A stretch of 64,000 nt of DNA from a virus. The notes beneath the pieces are model-generated. The model saw only the letters and a list, made by a program, of their open reading frames with translations, did no database searches and was not told where the DNA came from. This document shows positions 40,157 through 49,578 of this stretch, piece after piece. Position 1 is the stretch's first letter. Every line of letters begins with the position of its first letter. Both the position numbers and the translations under genes were made by a program. The DNA lies in IMG/VR virus record IMGVR_UViG_3300002026_000069, positions 36,161 through 100,160 of that record; one strand, 5' to 3'.

Positions 40157-41350
40157 TTACCTTGTTAAATCAACCTCATAGAGGAACTTAGTTCCGCCAA
40201 TCAGTTTACGGTTTGTTGAAGTCGATTGAATGAATGCCAGATATCCATCATTCTTCTCAGGATAGCACTGAGCATCAGCACCAATAGGCATGCCGATCAA
40301 CTTGCGAGCTTCGTTGCCAACAAAGACATCGCCAGTTTCCTTCTCCATGAGAACAATTTCCTTGTACTTCTGAACCAGAACACTCTTCGTGAACTGATAG
40401 AAGCCGCGACCCTTCTGGAAGATGAGTCCGTTATCTTCAACGAACTTCATGATCTCGACATCATACGGAACATCGAGAACCTGATACTTTCCAAAAGTTT
40501 CACGCTTGCCTTCGATGACGAGGCTCTTCTTGCCAGCAAGCACACCGAATGCCCGACGCATTGCTGCGGAGACATAGGTACGCTTCTTGAGCTTCTGTTC
40601 GAACTGGTCGAGCGTACCAGCCTGCTGATGGCAAACAGCAGTAATGAAGTCAGCGATGTCACTGAACTGGTCGAGTTCCAGATGGAATCCCTCAGTGATC
40701 TTAGCAAGTTCATTATAGAAAGGAGTTGCGTAGCGACGGTTGAGAGCCTGAACAGCCACAACCTTGATGTCATATTCCTTGAGGAGCTTGGCTTCCTCAA
40801 TCCAGTCGAGATGCATGAAGTTCTGAGTCTCATGCGCCTTGTGAGGAACATCATCACCAATGAGAATCAGAGTGCGCTTGGAACCTTCAGTCCAAGCAAA
40901 GTCACGAGCCTTGCGAAGAACAAGCTCGTAGCACTCAGCACAGTCACCACCACCAGTAGGACCAACAGAACGCACGAACTCAACGAGTTCTGCATTCTGA
41001 TCAGTCAGCTTGTGCTGCTTGGTGACATAGGTTGAACCAACATCACAGTAGTCACCGTGCGCTATTACACCGATACGGAGGTTCTTGACCTCTCCGAACA
41101 GTTCTTTGATGAAGTTGACGATATTTTGTTTGACGATATTGAACACGGGGTTCATTGAACCCGTCGTGTCAAAAGAAACCAGAACTTCGATCAGTTGATC
41201 CTTCTTCGGAGCAACGACCTTGGCGACAGGCTTCTTTGCCTTGGGCGTGCAAGTTGCCTTGGCCTTTGGCGTCTTTGTAGTGGCCTTCTTTGCTTTCGCA
41301 ACGAGAGCGCCACGGGGTTTAATGGAGGTTGTCTTCTTCTTTGAAGGCAT
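40157..41350 (-). CDS. von Willebrand factor A domain protein with Lys/Ala/Pro-rich N-tail
   Basis: FDTTGSM MIDAS, HGDYCD, GGGDCAECYE, LIGDDVPH. Confidence 0.85.
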   Translation of the reverse strand: MPSKKKTTSIKPRGALVAKAKKATTKTPKAKATCTPKAKKPVAKVVAPKKDQLIEVLVSFDTTGSMNPVFNIVKQNIVNFIKELFGEVKNLRIGVIAHGDYCDVGSTYVTKQHKLTDQNAELVEFVRSVGPTGGGDCAECYELVLRKARDFAWTEGSKRTLILIGDDVPHKAHETQNFMHLDWIEEAKLLKEYDIKVVAVQALNRRYATPFYNELAKITEGFHLELDQFSDIADFITAVCHQQAGTLDQFEQKLKKRTYVSAAMRRAFGVLAGKKSLVIEGKRETFGKYQVLDVPYDVEIMKFVEDNGLIFQKGRGFYQFTKSVLVQKYKEIVLMEKETGDVFVGNEARKLIGMPIGADAQCYPEKNDGYLAFIQSTSTNRKLIGGTKFLYEVDLTR

Positions 41351-41395
41351 GGGATTTCATTTCACTGAATCTGGTTAATATTTATTACAAGAATA

Positions 41396-41471
41396 TGGCA
41401 CCGGAGCTGAGATTCGAACTCAGAGTCAGGGATTAGAAATCCCATGGTTTATCCAGTTAACCGACCCCGGC
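41396..41471 (-). tRNA. tRNA-Arg(UCU)
   Basis: Cloverleaf, loop TTTCTAA, GTTCGAATC, CCA. Confidence 0.85.
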
Positions 41472-41996
41472 ATGCCTTTTATTCCAGTATCCTCTTGGAG
41501 GCTTGGAGATTCCTAATAACTTACATCTTTTTTCAAGTGCCTTATCTGAAACTCCATACTCTTTTGCGATAGCACTAGTTGGCTTAGTCCAAATAACTGA
41601 TTCAATTTCTTCTTTAGTTGGATTAAATTTCCTCCTAGAGGAATCAGCACATTTATGGCTGCAATATTCACTATGCTCTTTGTCGGCTATAAAAGGAGTA
41701 TTACATGCTTTACAAACTTTATTTTTATCAAATAATTCTGGATGATGCTCTTTTGCATGTTCCGATCTAGTCATAACCACTACATTATCTGGAGCGTTAT
41801 TTCCTCTTACCGTATCTTTATGATGAGCATCTTCATTACAAAGCCACCTACCAAGCTTTACTGAAGCTATATGTCTATGCATATAGACTTTACCTGACTT
41901 ATTCGCTAATGGATGAGACTTATCCATGAAATATTCATATTTAAGAGTCTTGTCTACAGATATTTTCTTTGTAATGAGATATTCAGAAGGAAGCAT
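41457..41996 (-). CDS. HNH homing endonuclease
   Basis: YMHRHIA..KLGR, HHKD...NNAPDN, CxxC, C-terminal HTH; stop lies inside tRNA-Arg. Confidence 0.85.
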   Translation of the reverse strand: MLPSEYLITKKISVDKTLKYEYFMDKSHPLANKSGKVYMHRHIASVKLGRWLCNEDAHHKDTVRGNNAPDNVVVMTRSEHAKEHHPELFDKNKVCKACNTPFIADKEHSEYCSHKCADSSRRKFNPTKEEIESVIWTKPTSAIAKEYGVSDKALEKRCKLLGISKPPRGYWNKRHAGVG

Positions 41997-42047
41997 TCGA
42001 ACCTCTCGCTTCTAAAGTATAGAAGACGGAGGTTCGAATTCAAGGGG

Positions 42048-42446
42048 TCAATTATTAGAAGCCGCAAGAACATCTTTAAGATACCTTGGCGAACTTTTAC
42101 TAGGACCAGCATTGTATTTCTGAATAGTTAACATCCAATCCTGTTTTCCTGAATTTTCATACAGCCAGACAAGATAACGCCTAGCGCAATCTTCGGCAAG
42201 GACTTTATCCTGCTCGATCATCCAGAACTGTTCACCTTTACGTTTAATCTGATTGAACGCAATCTTCTTCATCTGAAAGCATCCAAGCTCTCCATCTTTA
42301 CCGCGAGTCATATCAACATATTTAATCGTGCCATCTGCACGGTAATATGATTGAGTTTCAACCTTTAGAATGCCGACCATTACATATTCTGGAACTTCCA
42401 CTGCTTGTAAAGTTATTGATAGCAATAACATGAGAACAAAGCGCAT
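42048..42446 (-). CDS. Lytic transglycosylase/lysozyme-like protein with signal peptide
   Basis: Signal peptide; ILKVET catalytic Glu, GELGCFQM, YNAGP. Confidence 0.7.
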   Translation of the reverse strand: MRFVLMLLLSITLQAVEVPEYVMVGILKVETQSYYRADGTIKYVDMTRGKDGELGCFQMKKIAFNQIKRKGEQFWMIEQDKVLAEDCARRYLVWLYENSGKQDWMLTIQKYNAGPSKSSPRYLKDVLAASNN

Positions 42447-42510
42447 GTTTTCCTTTTCTAAAGATCGGTGGGTAGGATATATATGTTATACCCTACCCAC
42501 CAATAATTGT

Positions 42511-43020
42511 TTAGACCTTCGCTGAAGTCACCTTAAGCGGTGACATTTCACGATCAATCTCTTCTTTCTCTTCCCGTGCGATATTGAGATAGATTGTCTC
42601 TTCAAGAACTTCTTGAGCGATCTCTTGAGCTTGATCAATGAGATCAGATGAGAAGTATTTCGCAGCCTTGAAGCTGATTGAAACAGGCTCAAGGGTGACA
42701 GTCTTACGAAGAATGATTCCTTCAGGGAAATGCTTCTTCCAAGACTCAGGCATCTTCGACTTGCCAGCATCATTAAAGACATCAACAACGATATCAATGA
42801 TATGCTTATCGTTGTTCTGAATGACAGTGATGTAATCGCCTTCAGCGAAGCACTTACGGATTACCGTATGTGCAGCATGTTTGCTGAACTGATCCTTGGG
42901 TGACTTGAATGCGAACGCAATCTTGACTTCTCCGATATGATCATCGGGAAACTCATAACCTATGGTCACAGAATGACCAGTCGGCAGATGGCGATGCATG
43001 AACTTAGTTTGACGGCTCAT
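42511..43020 (-). CDS. Hypothetical protein (likely start 43020)
   Basis: SPKDQFSK motif; biased codons. Confidence 0.5.
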   Translation of the reverse strand: MSRQTKFMHRHLPTGHSVTIGYEFPDDHIGEVKIAFAFKSPKDQFSKHAAHTVIRKCFAEGDYITVIQNNDKHIIDIVVDVFNDAGKSKMPESWKKHFPEGIILRKTVTLEPVSISFKAAKYFSSDLIDQAQEIAQEVLEETIYLNIAREEKEEIDREMSPLKVTSAKV

Positions 43021-43720
43021 TGGGGCTTTCTGTGACCTCAAAGTGGATGATGTCTCTCCTTGCAGCGAATTTCTGAGCCGGAAGCTCAGCTTCGTTTGCA
43101 AGGTGTTTCTTTATAGCTTCGATTTGATTATTGTCAACCCTCCAAAGTAGTTGACCAGCGTAACCCTGTGTAGATGGAGCAATTCGACGCTCCTTCCACA
43201 TAGTTCTAATATCAGTTGGAGTACAAGCACACACAGCAGCTAACTGCCGTGTTGAGATTAATTCATTCTTGCTAACGAGAGCAAGAGCTTCGAAGAGTTC
43301 AATCTTGCTTCTGCAAGCTTCTTCGATCTTTGCAAAGACAACTCTCGAATTTGCATCAAGCCATGATGGATCAGTCTGCTCTACATAGGCAACGAAAGCA
43401 TCTGCATACTGATCAACAATAAAGTTTAAGTTAGCATCTAACTTCGACGGATCTTCGCAGATCGTCTTCGTAAGAGCTACAACACTCGCTGGAATCGATA
43501 CTCCATCCAGCTTTTTGGACCAGAATGCTTTTTGACGAAACAGCTTTTGAGTCGATGCCAAAGCATCTCTAGGAAGCTTTTTAATCTCATTAAGATTATC
43601 TTCATTGAGATCCCACCTTCCGTTGATGCGATTTGGACGCTTAATCTTCCCGTGAGAAATTAGTTGATTAATATCATTTGGTTCGATCTTTAAGAGATCA
43701 GAAACCTGATGGACATCCAT
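43004..43720 (-). CDS. Two-HTH (MerR/excisionase-like) DNA-binding protein
   Basis: QVSDLLKI....INQLISHGKI and STRQLAAVCAC...IRTMWKERRI. Confidence 0.55.
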   Translation of the reverse strand: MDVHQVSDLLKIEPNDINQLISHGKIKRPNRINGRWDLNEDNLNEIKKLPRDALASTQKLFRQKAFWSKKLDGVSIPASVVALTKTICEDPSKLDANLNFIVDQYADAFVAYVEQTDPSWLDANSRVVFAKIEEACRSKIELFEALALVSKNELISTRQLAAVCACTPTDIRTMWKERRIAPSTQGYAGQLLWRVDNNQIEAIKKHLANEAELPAQKFAARRDIIHFEVTESPNEPSN

Positions 43721-43852
43721 GTGATTATTCCTAGTGAGGATACGAATGTTATTTTACCATAAAATAAAGCTCGGTGTTTTGTATAAAGTATAAGATCTTT
43801 ATTCTCGTAAGTCTTTAAACTTACCTTGAAAATAATTTCTTCTATTGAATCT

Positions 43853-44680
43853 CTATGTCTTTTGATATCCACTAAGAAACGCCAAGGTAGGAGAAGATTT
43901 GACATAAAAGCCCGAAGCATTCTTATGACCACCCCCTCCGAAAGATTCTGCGATAACGCTACAGTCAACATCTCTTCTACTTCTGAGTGAGATATAAATC
44001 CCACCTTCACTAGAATCTGCATACGACGCAACGATTGTGCCTTTTCCTTCAGCAATAAGTTTATTTCCGACTTCGGATTGAAGTATGGGAGTGTTAACGA
44101 AAAGAACTTCATGACCTAAGAGAGTTCCTTTTCTGGCCTTTGAACAAAGCGTATTAACTTGTTGATCAATGTAATTTTGAATAGCGCGTCCCTGAGAGAT
44201 ACAGTCATTAAAATTTTGCTCTAATGCTTCATGCATCTTTCTAAAATTTTCAAATGAACGCTCAAATTGAAACATATATGCACTGATTTCATCTGTAAAA
44301 GGTAGTTCCTTTTTCCAGAGATCTCGGTCCTGAATATATCGGATCAATTTAGGCGCTGGGAAAACCCCGTGGACGAACTTCCATGCCAGCATGGCTCCCG
44401 ACTGCCCCATGTCAAAATGTGCGAATTCTAGCCCCTGCAAATCGGCCTCTGCCGTCTTGTGGTGGTCCAGAACCGTAACCGGAAATTTAGCTGCTAGATC
44501 TAGAAGCACATTTCTCTTAAACGAGAAGTCTACAATGTATACATGTTCAGCATCAGGCATCTGAGGCGGATCTTTGCTATATTCACATGGGATATATGTA
44601 TAGTTAGGGAACTTTAGCCAGAACGCATAAGCGGCTCCAGTGCCGTCATTGCAGTTCTTATGGAAGAGAACGTATTTCAT
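43853..44680 (-). CDS. DHH/DHHA1 phosphoesterase
   Basis: CNDG, IVDFS, LDHHKT, DRDLW, SLRS, GGGGHKNASG. Confidence 0.9.
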   Translation of the reverse strand: MKYVLFHKNCNDGTGAAYAFWLKFPNYTYIPCEYSKDPPQMPDAEHVYIVDFSFKRNVLLDLAAKFPVTVLDHHKTAEADLQGLEFAHFDMGQSGAMLAWKFVHGVFPAPKLIRYIQDRDLWKKELPFTDEISAYMFQFERSFENFRKMHEALEQNFNDCISQGRAIQNYIDQQVNTLCSKARKGTLLGHEVLFVNTPILQSEVGNKLIAEGKGTIVASYADSSEGGIYISLRSRRDVDCSVIAESFGGGGHKNASGFYVKSSPTLAFLSGYQKT

Positions 44681-46015
44681 GTTATGGGACTTAGTTGGAG
44701 GATGTCGTTTAAGTCGAAGGAAAATTGAATTGGATAATCAAATACAGTCCATGGATTTATTTCTGCATCTACTGGATCTAATGAATCGTAAGTATTAGAC
44801 CACATCATACTTTTTTTACCTAAACGCTCTTCGATCCATGGATTCTCAACAATCCTAACATATCTGTTGGTGTAATACTCAAACGCATAAGTATTACCTG
44901 CTTTGTCTAAAAGATAGATATCTGCATCTATCTTTAGGCTTACCTTTAAACTAGTTAATACTGCATGTTTAAAATCGTTAGCGCATATTGCTTTAATCAA
45001 AGACATATATTGGAAACTTTGTGAATGACATGATTTCCCATTCTTTTAGTGTTGGACAGTACCAACCGTAACCAAATTCATTCTTTTTATATAACGTATG
45101 ATTGTTATTTGAGATTAATAATTTCCAATCATCGTTATTACCGTCAGTCCATAATACTTCTTCGTCTACATTCAGATCTACTTTGAGTAGAGTCTTGAGA
45201 TAATCTTTAAATTCCTGTACTGATAATATGACGCGCATGGATGCGATTATCCTTCATGTACTTTAAAATATCTTTTATATTTAAATTCTTTGGAATAGTA
45301 AGTGTGAAATCATCTTTAATATAAGCCATAGGACTTAAGATAGGATCTATTTTTATTATCTCGTCTTCTCTGGTGCAATAAGCATAGAAGCAATGCGGTT
45401 CAAATATAAAATTAGTATTGCCGTTAAAGACATAGATCTTCCATGGAAGATCTAGGGACATTTTTAATAATAGATAGTTATTAAATTCTTTTAAATTCTG
45501 GAAGTGGCTCTTTGGAAACCTTAAGCGGCGTGTCAAAGTCAACTAAGTAATCTCCTTCAGGTGTGCGTTCGAAAGCTAAAAAACGTCTGATGACAGCCAT
45601 CATCTCGTAAGAGATCTTTGACTCTTCACATGCTCCACCAACACCATATGAAGCACCACGTTCAAGATTTGGAAAAATAATAGTCTTAGCTATTTCTAAA
45701 TACTTATTTGCTTCCTGATGGTCGTATGGTCCATGAATCTTGTGAGATACTTCTGATAGTTGCCCCATTAAGATTCGAGAGTAAAGATCCAAAGCCTCCT
45801 GTAGAACTCGGGCCTGCGTTTGATTCACAGAAAGCTGATAGTTCTTCGAATTTGACGGTGGCGAGATGCTCGTACCATTGGGTTTCCCCGATTTGCTTTT
45901 CGACAAGGATTTTCCCGTCTGTAGAGGTTAGAATGCGAAAACAACTATAAAAAAACTCTTTATTAAGTTTTAAATTTATTGCAAACTTAACTTGCTCAAG
46001 TATTTCTGGATTCAT
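44677..46015 (-). other. Run of small hypothetical ORFs
   Basis: Overlapping coupled ORFs. Confidence 0.45.
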
Positions 46016-46021
46016 AAGAAA

Positions 46022-46126
46022 AACTCCGCTTACCTTTATACGGAATCCTCACAACAAGTGAGGATGGTCCCAAACAAGCCCGATTCGACACCACTGTGTA
46101 TGAATTTCTGTTTGGATTGGTTTATG
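46022..46126 (-). ncRNA. Candidate small structured RNA
   Basis: CCAAACA/TGTTTGG stem, ATCCTCAC-TTGTT-GTGAGGAT hairpin, TCCG/CGGA hairpin. Confidence 0.3.
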
Positions 46127-46600
46127 TTAGTTTGATTTCCATTCTATTACTTCTTCGTTTTTAATTTGTTCTGTATCCAGAGAACCATACCATCCCTGCT
46201 CTTTAGCGGTTCTTCTTCTATGACAATTTGCACATAGAATCTCGCATTTATCAATTTCAATTTGAATATCCTCTGGTTGATATCCTCCTGCAACCATTGC
46301 GGAGATAAGAAATCTTTTATCTCTTAAATGATGAAATTCAAGAACCATTGGATCTTTTTCGCTACAATCGACACATTGATTCTTTAATAAGAATTCATAG
46401 ACGTATCTTCTTCCTATTAATCTTCTTTCTCTATTCCTTTGATCTACATATTCTTTTCTTCCTGAACTTAAATCTGCATGTTTAGCATTATTATGCTCAC
46501 GATAACATTGCTTGCACCAATAAGCATATCTATTTTTAGCTGTGATAAACCCGAATTCAGATTCATCTTTTGATAGTTTGCATTTTGTACATGTGATCAT
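46127..46600 (-). CDS. HNH endonuclease
   Basis: CTKC..WCKQC; CVDC...LEFHH...KCEILCANCH. Confidence 0.85.
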   Translation of the reverse strand: MITCTKCKLSKDESEFGFITAKNRYAYWCKQCYREHNNAKHADLSSGRKEYVDQRNRERRLIGRRYVYEFLLKNQCVDCSEKDPMVLEFHHLRDKRFLISAMVAGGYQPEDIQIEIDKCEILCANCHRRRTAKEQGWYGSLDTEQIKNEEVIEWKSN

Positions 46601-46647
46601 ATCTGATATGATATGATTTAAACTTTAGTAGTCAAGACTAAAAGTAG

Positions 46648-46723
46648 TGGTGCGCTCAGTAGGATTCGAACCTACGACCCGAACATTAAAAGTGTTCTGC
46701 TCTGCCAACTGAGCTATGAGCGC
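46648..46723 (-). tRNA. tRNA-Lys(UUU)
   Basis: Cloverleaf, loop CTTTTAA, CCA. Confidence 0.95.
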
Positions 46724-46792
46724 ATTTAATTTACATGTATTTAGATTATACCTTATCAATTGACAAAATTCAATAGCTATTAAAATAGTGTC

Positions 46793-47230
46793 ATGCTTAA
46801 ACTTTCAGAGTCCGCACTTGTTGAGAAAGGAATGAAATTTCTTTCAGCAAGAGGCGAACAAATATTCGGAAAAGTTAAACCTAAAGTTAGTGCCAGAACT
46901 GCATATACTCATGTAGCTAAGCCTGAAAAAGCTTATGAAGCTACTAAAGCTTTTGCAAAAGCTCCAGCTTTAGAAGGTAATCCAGCTACAAAAGTAATTG
47001 GATCACCAACTCCGCATACAAGGGGTTTACGCGGTCTTCCAATGAATCAGACTGCTGGATTTGCAAAGAGATCAACTCCTATTGCAAGACCAGTTCATCC
47101 TGAGTTACATCCAACTGAACCAGTTGGAAATACAAGAGATTGGTATCACGGGAATAATCCAGCGAACAGAGAGCCTACTGTATCAACATACAGAAAAATT
47201 AAAGGCGCTATCTCTAAGATTAATTCTTAA
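46793..47230 (+). CDS. Isolated + strand basic protein
   Basis: TTGACA-N15-TAAAAT ends 6 nt before the ATG; K/R/P-rich. Confidence 0.55.
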   Translation: MLKLSESALVEKGMKFLSARGEQIFGKVKPKVSARTAYTHVAKPEKAYEATKAFAKAPALEGNPATKVIGSPTPHTRGLRGLPMNQTAGFAKRSTPIARPVHPELHPTEPVGNTRDWYHGNNPANREPTVSTYRKIKGAISKINS

Positions 47231-47429
47231 TCTGCTGCTGACCGCCATTATCTGCTGGCGGTTCTGGAATCTCCATCGGAGCAGATTGGACATCAATTCC
47301 ATCTACTCCAACAGATACGCTATCGGAAGCTAGAATATTAATAGCTAGTGCGATAGAGATAAGAAGAACGCCGATTCCAACAAGCCACCATACTGCGGGT
47401 GGAATGCGACCAGTGATGTTATAGGGCAT
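47220..47429 (-). CDS. Single-TM small protein
   Basis: VWWLVGIGVLLISIALAINIL; TTGACT-N16-TAAACT leaderless promoter. Confidence 0.6.
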   Translation of the reverse strand: MPYNITGRIPPAVWWLVGIGVLLISIALAINILASDSVSVGVDGIDVQSAPMEIPEPPADNGGQQQIKN

Positions 47430-47465
47430 GGGCTTAGTTTATTTTTATAAACATGTAAGTCAATA

Positions 47466-48120
47466 CTAAAAAAGAGCATACCAAAGATCCTTCCGACGAA
47501 GCATAGCTTGCTTGTCTCTTTGGTACTGCTTCAATGACTCATTATCTAAGTACAGACAAAAAAGATCGTGCGTCGGAATAACTTATATAGTTATAGGACG
47601 CACGATTCAAAGACACAGAGCTATAATAAGGGTAATTGACCCTTTACGTTATAAATCGCATTGGATTGCTCCGCTGAATGTTTACAGTCTTTTTGGGTTA
47701 TTTTACACACCCGACACAGGTTAGTTTCTATAGGTAGCGTCTAACGAGGTTTAACTTCTACATCGCATACAGTCCCTTTCTTTGGTTAGAAAGACAAGCC
47801 AGAGGTATCTATGTCAAGCACGCGGAGTGCGTGTGATGAGGATAATATCATACCGTGCTACCCAGCATGATCGACACAGTGCAATAAGTATTTCTCATTC
47901 CCGCTTTAGTAAGCATATACGGGCGATCATACGACTTTATATAAAGTCATACTAACAAGGATGTTTCTGTAACTCCTTACTAAATCACAGAAGACACATG
48001 TTTATCAAATCCCTTTAGCATACATTTGGTAAGTCGTGTATGCTGGGTGGTCTTGAGTAGAAATATTCTACTCAAGAAATACTACTTTAGTCGCATGATG
48101 CGTTCCTTTCACTAAAGTTG
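47466..48120. ncRNA. About 650-nt highly structured non-coding region
   Basis: No credible ORF; many inverted repeats. Confidence 0.5.
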
Positions 48121-48124
48121 TTTG

Positions 48125-48214
48125 TGGCGGAAGCTAGAGGATTCGAACCTCTGGAACCCGTTAGGGTTCACTTGTTTTCAAGACAAGCCTAATAGACCGC
48201 TCTAGCAAGCTTCC
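48125..48214 (-). tRNA. tRNA-Ser(UGA)
   Basis: Long variable arm, loop CTTGAAA, CCA. Confidence 0.95.
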
Positions 48215-48217
48215 AAG

Positions 48218-48430
48218 CGACAGCCTCCGTTGGGATTTGGCTCAATGATTCAACATTGATATCTTAACTCCGAAGAGTCAGAAACCTTACTCTGTCAATC
48301 TAGTTAAACTCAGATCCAACGATCTGATATTGTATTCGTTACTCCGATCATACAACGTGATCCTTGCCTAATTCTCAGGGGTAACAGGAAGTTTTCCCAA
48401 TAACTGGTTACTTCGTTTCGGCATAGCTGA
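48218..48430 (-). ncRNA. About 210-nt multibranch structured RNA between two tRNAs
   Basis: Ends pair (CAGCT/GGCTG); TTGGGA/TCCCAA; several hairpins. Confidence 0.5.
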
Positions 48431-48431
48431 A

Positions 48432-48506
48432 TGGTAGGCCCACATGGAGTCGAACCATGGTCTGAGCGTTATAAGCACCCGGCTCTAACCGTTGAGCTAT
48501 AGGCCC
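48432..48506 (-). tRNA. tRNA-Ile(UAU)
   Basis: Loop CTTATAA, GGGCCTA acceptor, CCA. Confidence 0.9.
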
Positions 48507-48959
48507 GCGATTGAAGATTTTGTTGAACATTAAGTCTTTCCACTAAGTCATCTAATTCTACCCATACAGCATACATATCAAAGACATAAGCATTTGATTC
48601 AGCGAACAAATCTTTATCGCTGTATGTCCATGTTTGTCTTAAGATAAACATTCCATTCCTCAATGGATGCATAATGTATGTATCATCAAGTCCGAGAGAC
48701 TTCTTTAAATTAAATGCTTCGGTTATCTCTGATTTTAGCTTCATATAAGTATTTGTAATATGCTATGAAGTCTTCAGCTACCCATCCAACTTCATAAGCC
48801 ATAACTTGTGTTCTTGGGGATAGAATTCTGCAATACCGCATCTTTCCACAGACACGATATCCAATTACATAATATGTATTACTAACAACACAAGGTTCAC
48901 AGAAAGTTATTCCAAGGTGGATTTTTGTTAAGATAGCATCCATGTCGTTCCAGACACCC

Positions 48960-49500
48960 GAATAGAGGAAAGGAGGAACTCTTCCGGTTTCCCGAGAGCG
49001 TACTGCTGTCAGGCATGCGATTTGTTTATTTGTCGCAACTTGCAGTTATTCACTGCCGAATCGGGATGGGACTCCAGACTTACCATTGAAGCAGTAAGAT
49101 ACCCATATTTGCACCTGTATGGAACTTAATCCAATTGAGGTAGCTCGCCACGCTTTTTTGCTGTATTTAGCTCTCTGTTACTACGACCCGAAAGTAGGCA
49201 TTGGTTTCTTTCCAACCAATAAAGTCACAGGTCGCTATTAAGCTAATGTCCTGTCATCAAGCCGTTCTTTCCTGCTAGTGCAGCATGGAAACGATTCACT
49301 ACATCGTCCTCATTGTGGCGCTTACTTGCCTAGTTACTGATTAGCCAGTTAAGGCCCAATTCACTAGTAGAGGTAATTCACATCAGCAGAGTTTCGCTGG
49401 ACACGGCCTTGATTTATCTTCCAGATGCTATTAACTGGTAATAACGAAGGGCGATCATATCGTGTCATTTTTACGAGAACCGAACTCGCAGGCAGCCTTG
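48960..49500 (-). ncRNA. About 540-nt large structured RNA candidate
   Basis: Starts just after the tRNA-Glu CCA; many hairpins and long-range helices. Confidence 0.6.
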
Positions 49501-49503
49501 AAA

Positions 49504-49578
49504 TGGTAATCCCGAAGGGAGTCGAACCCTTGTTACCAGAATGAAAATCTGAGGTCCTAACCGCTGGACGACGGGATC
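49504..49578 (-). tRNA. tRNA-Glu(UUC)
   Basis: Loop TTTTCAT, GGTTCGACTC, CCA. Confidence 0.9.

Noticed and set aside
40226-41035. 269-aa + strand ORF
   Set aside because: Antisense shadow of the codon-biased vWA gene
41396-41471. Amber suppressor tRNA (CTA in the anticodon loop) implying recoding
   Set aside because: The 7-nt loop TT-TCT-AA centres on TCT (Arg); genes read intact in code 11 and TAG is used as a stop
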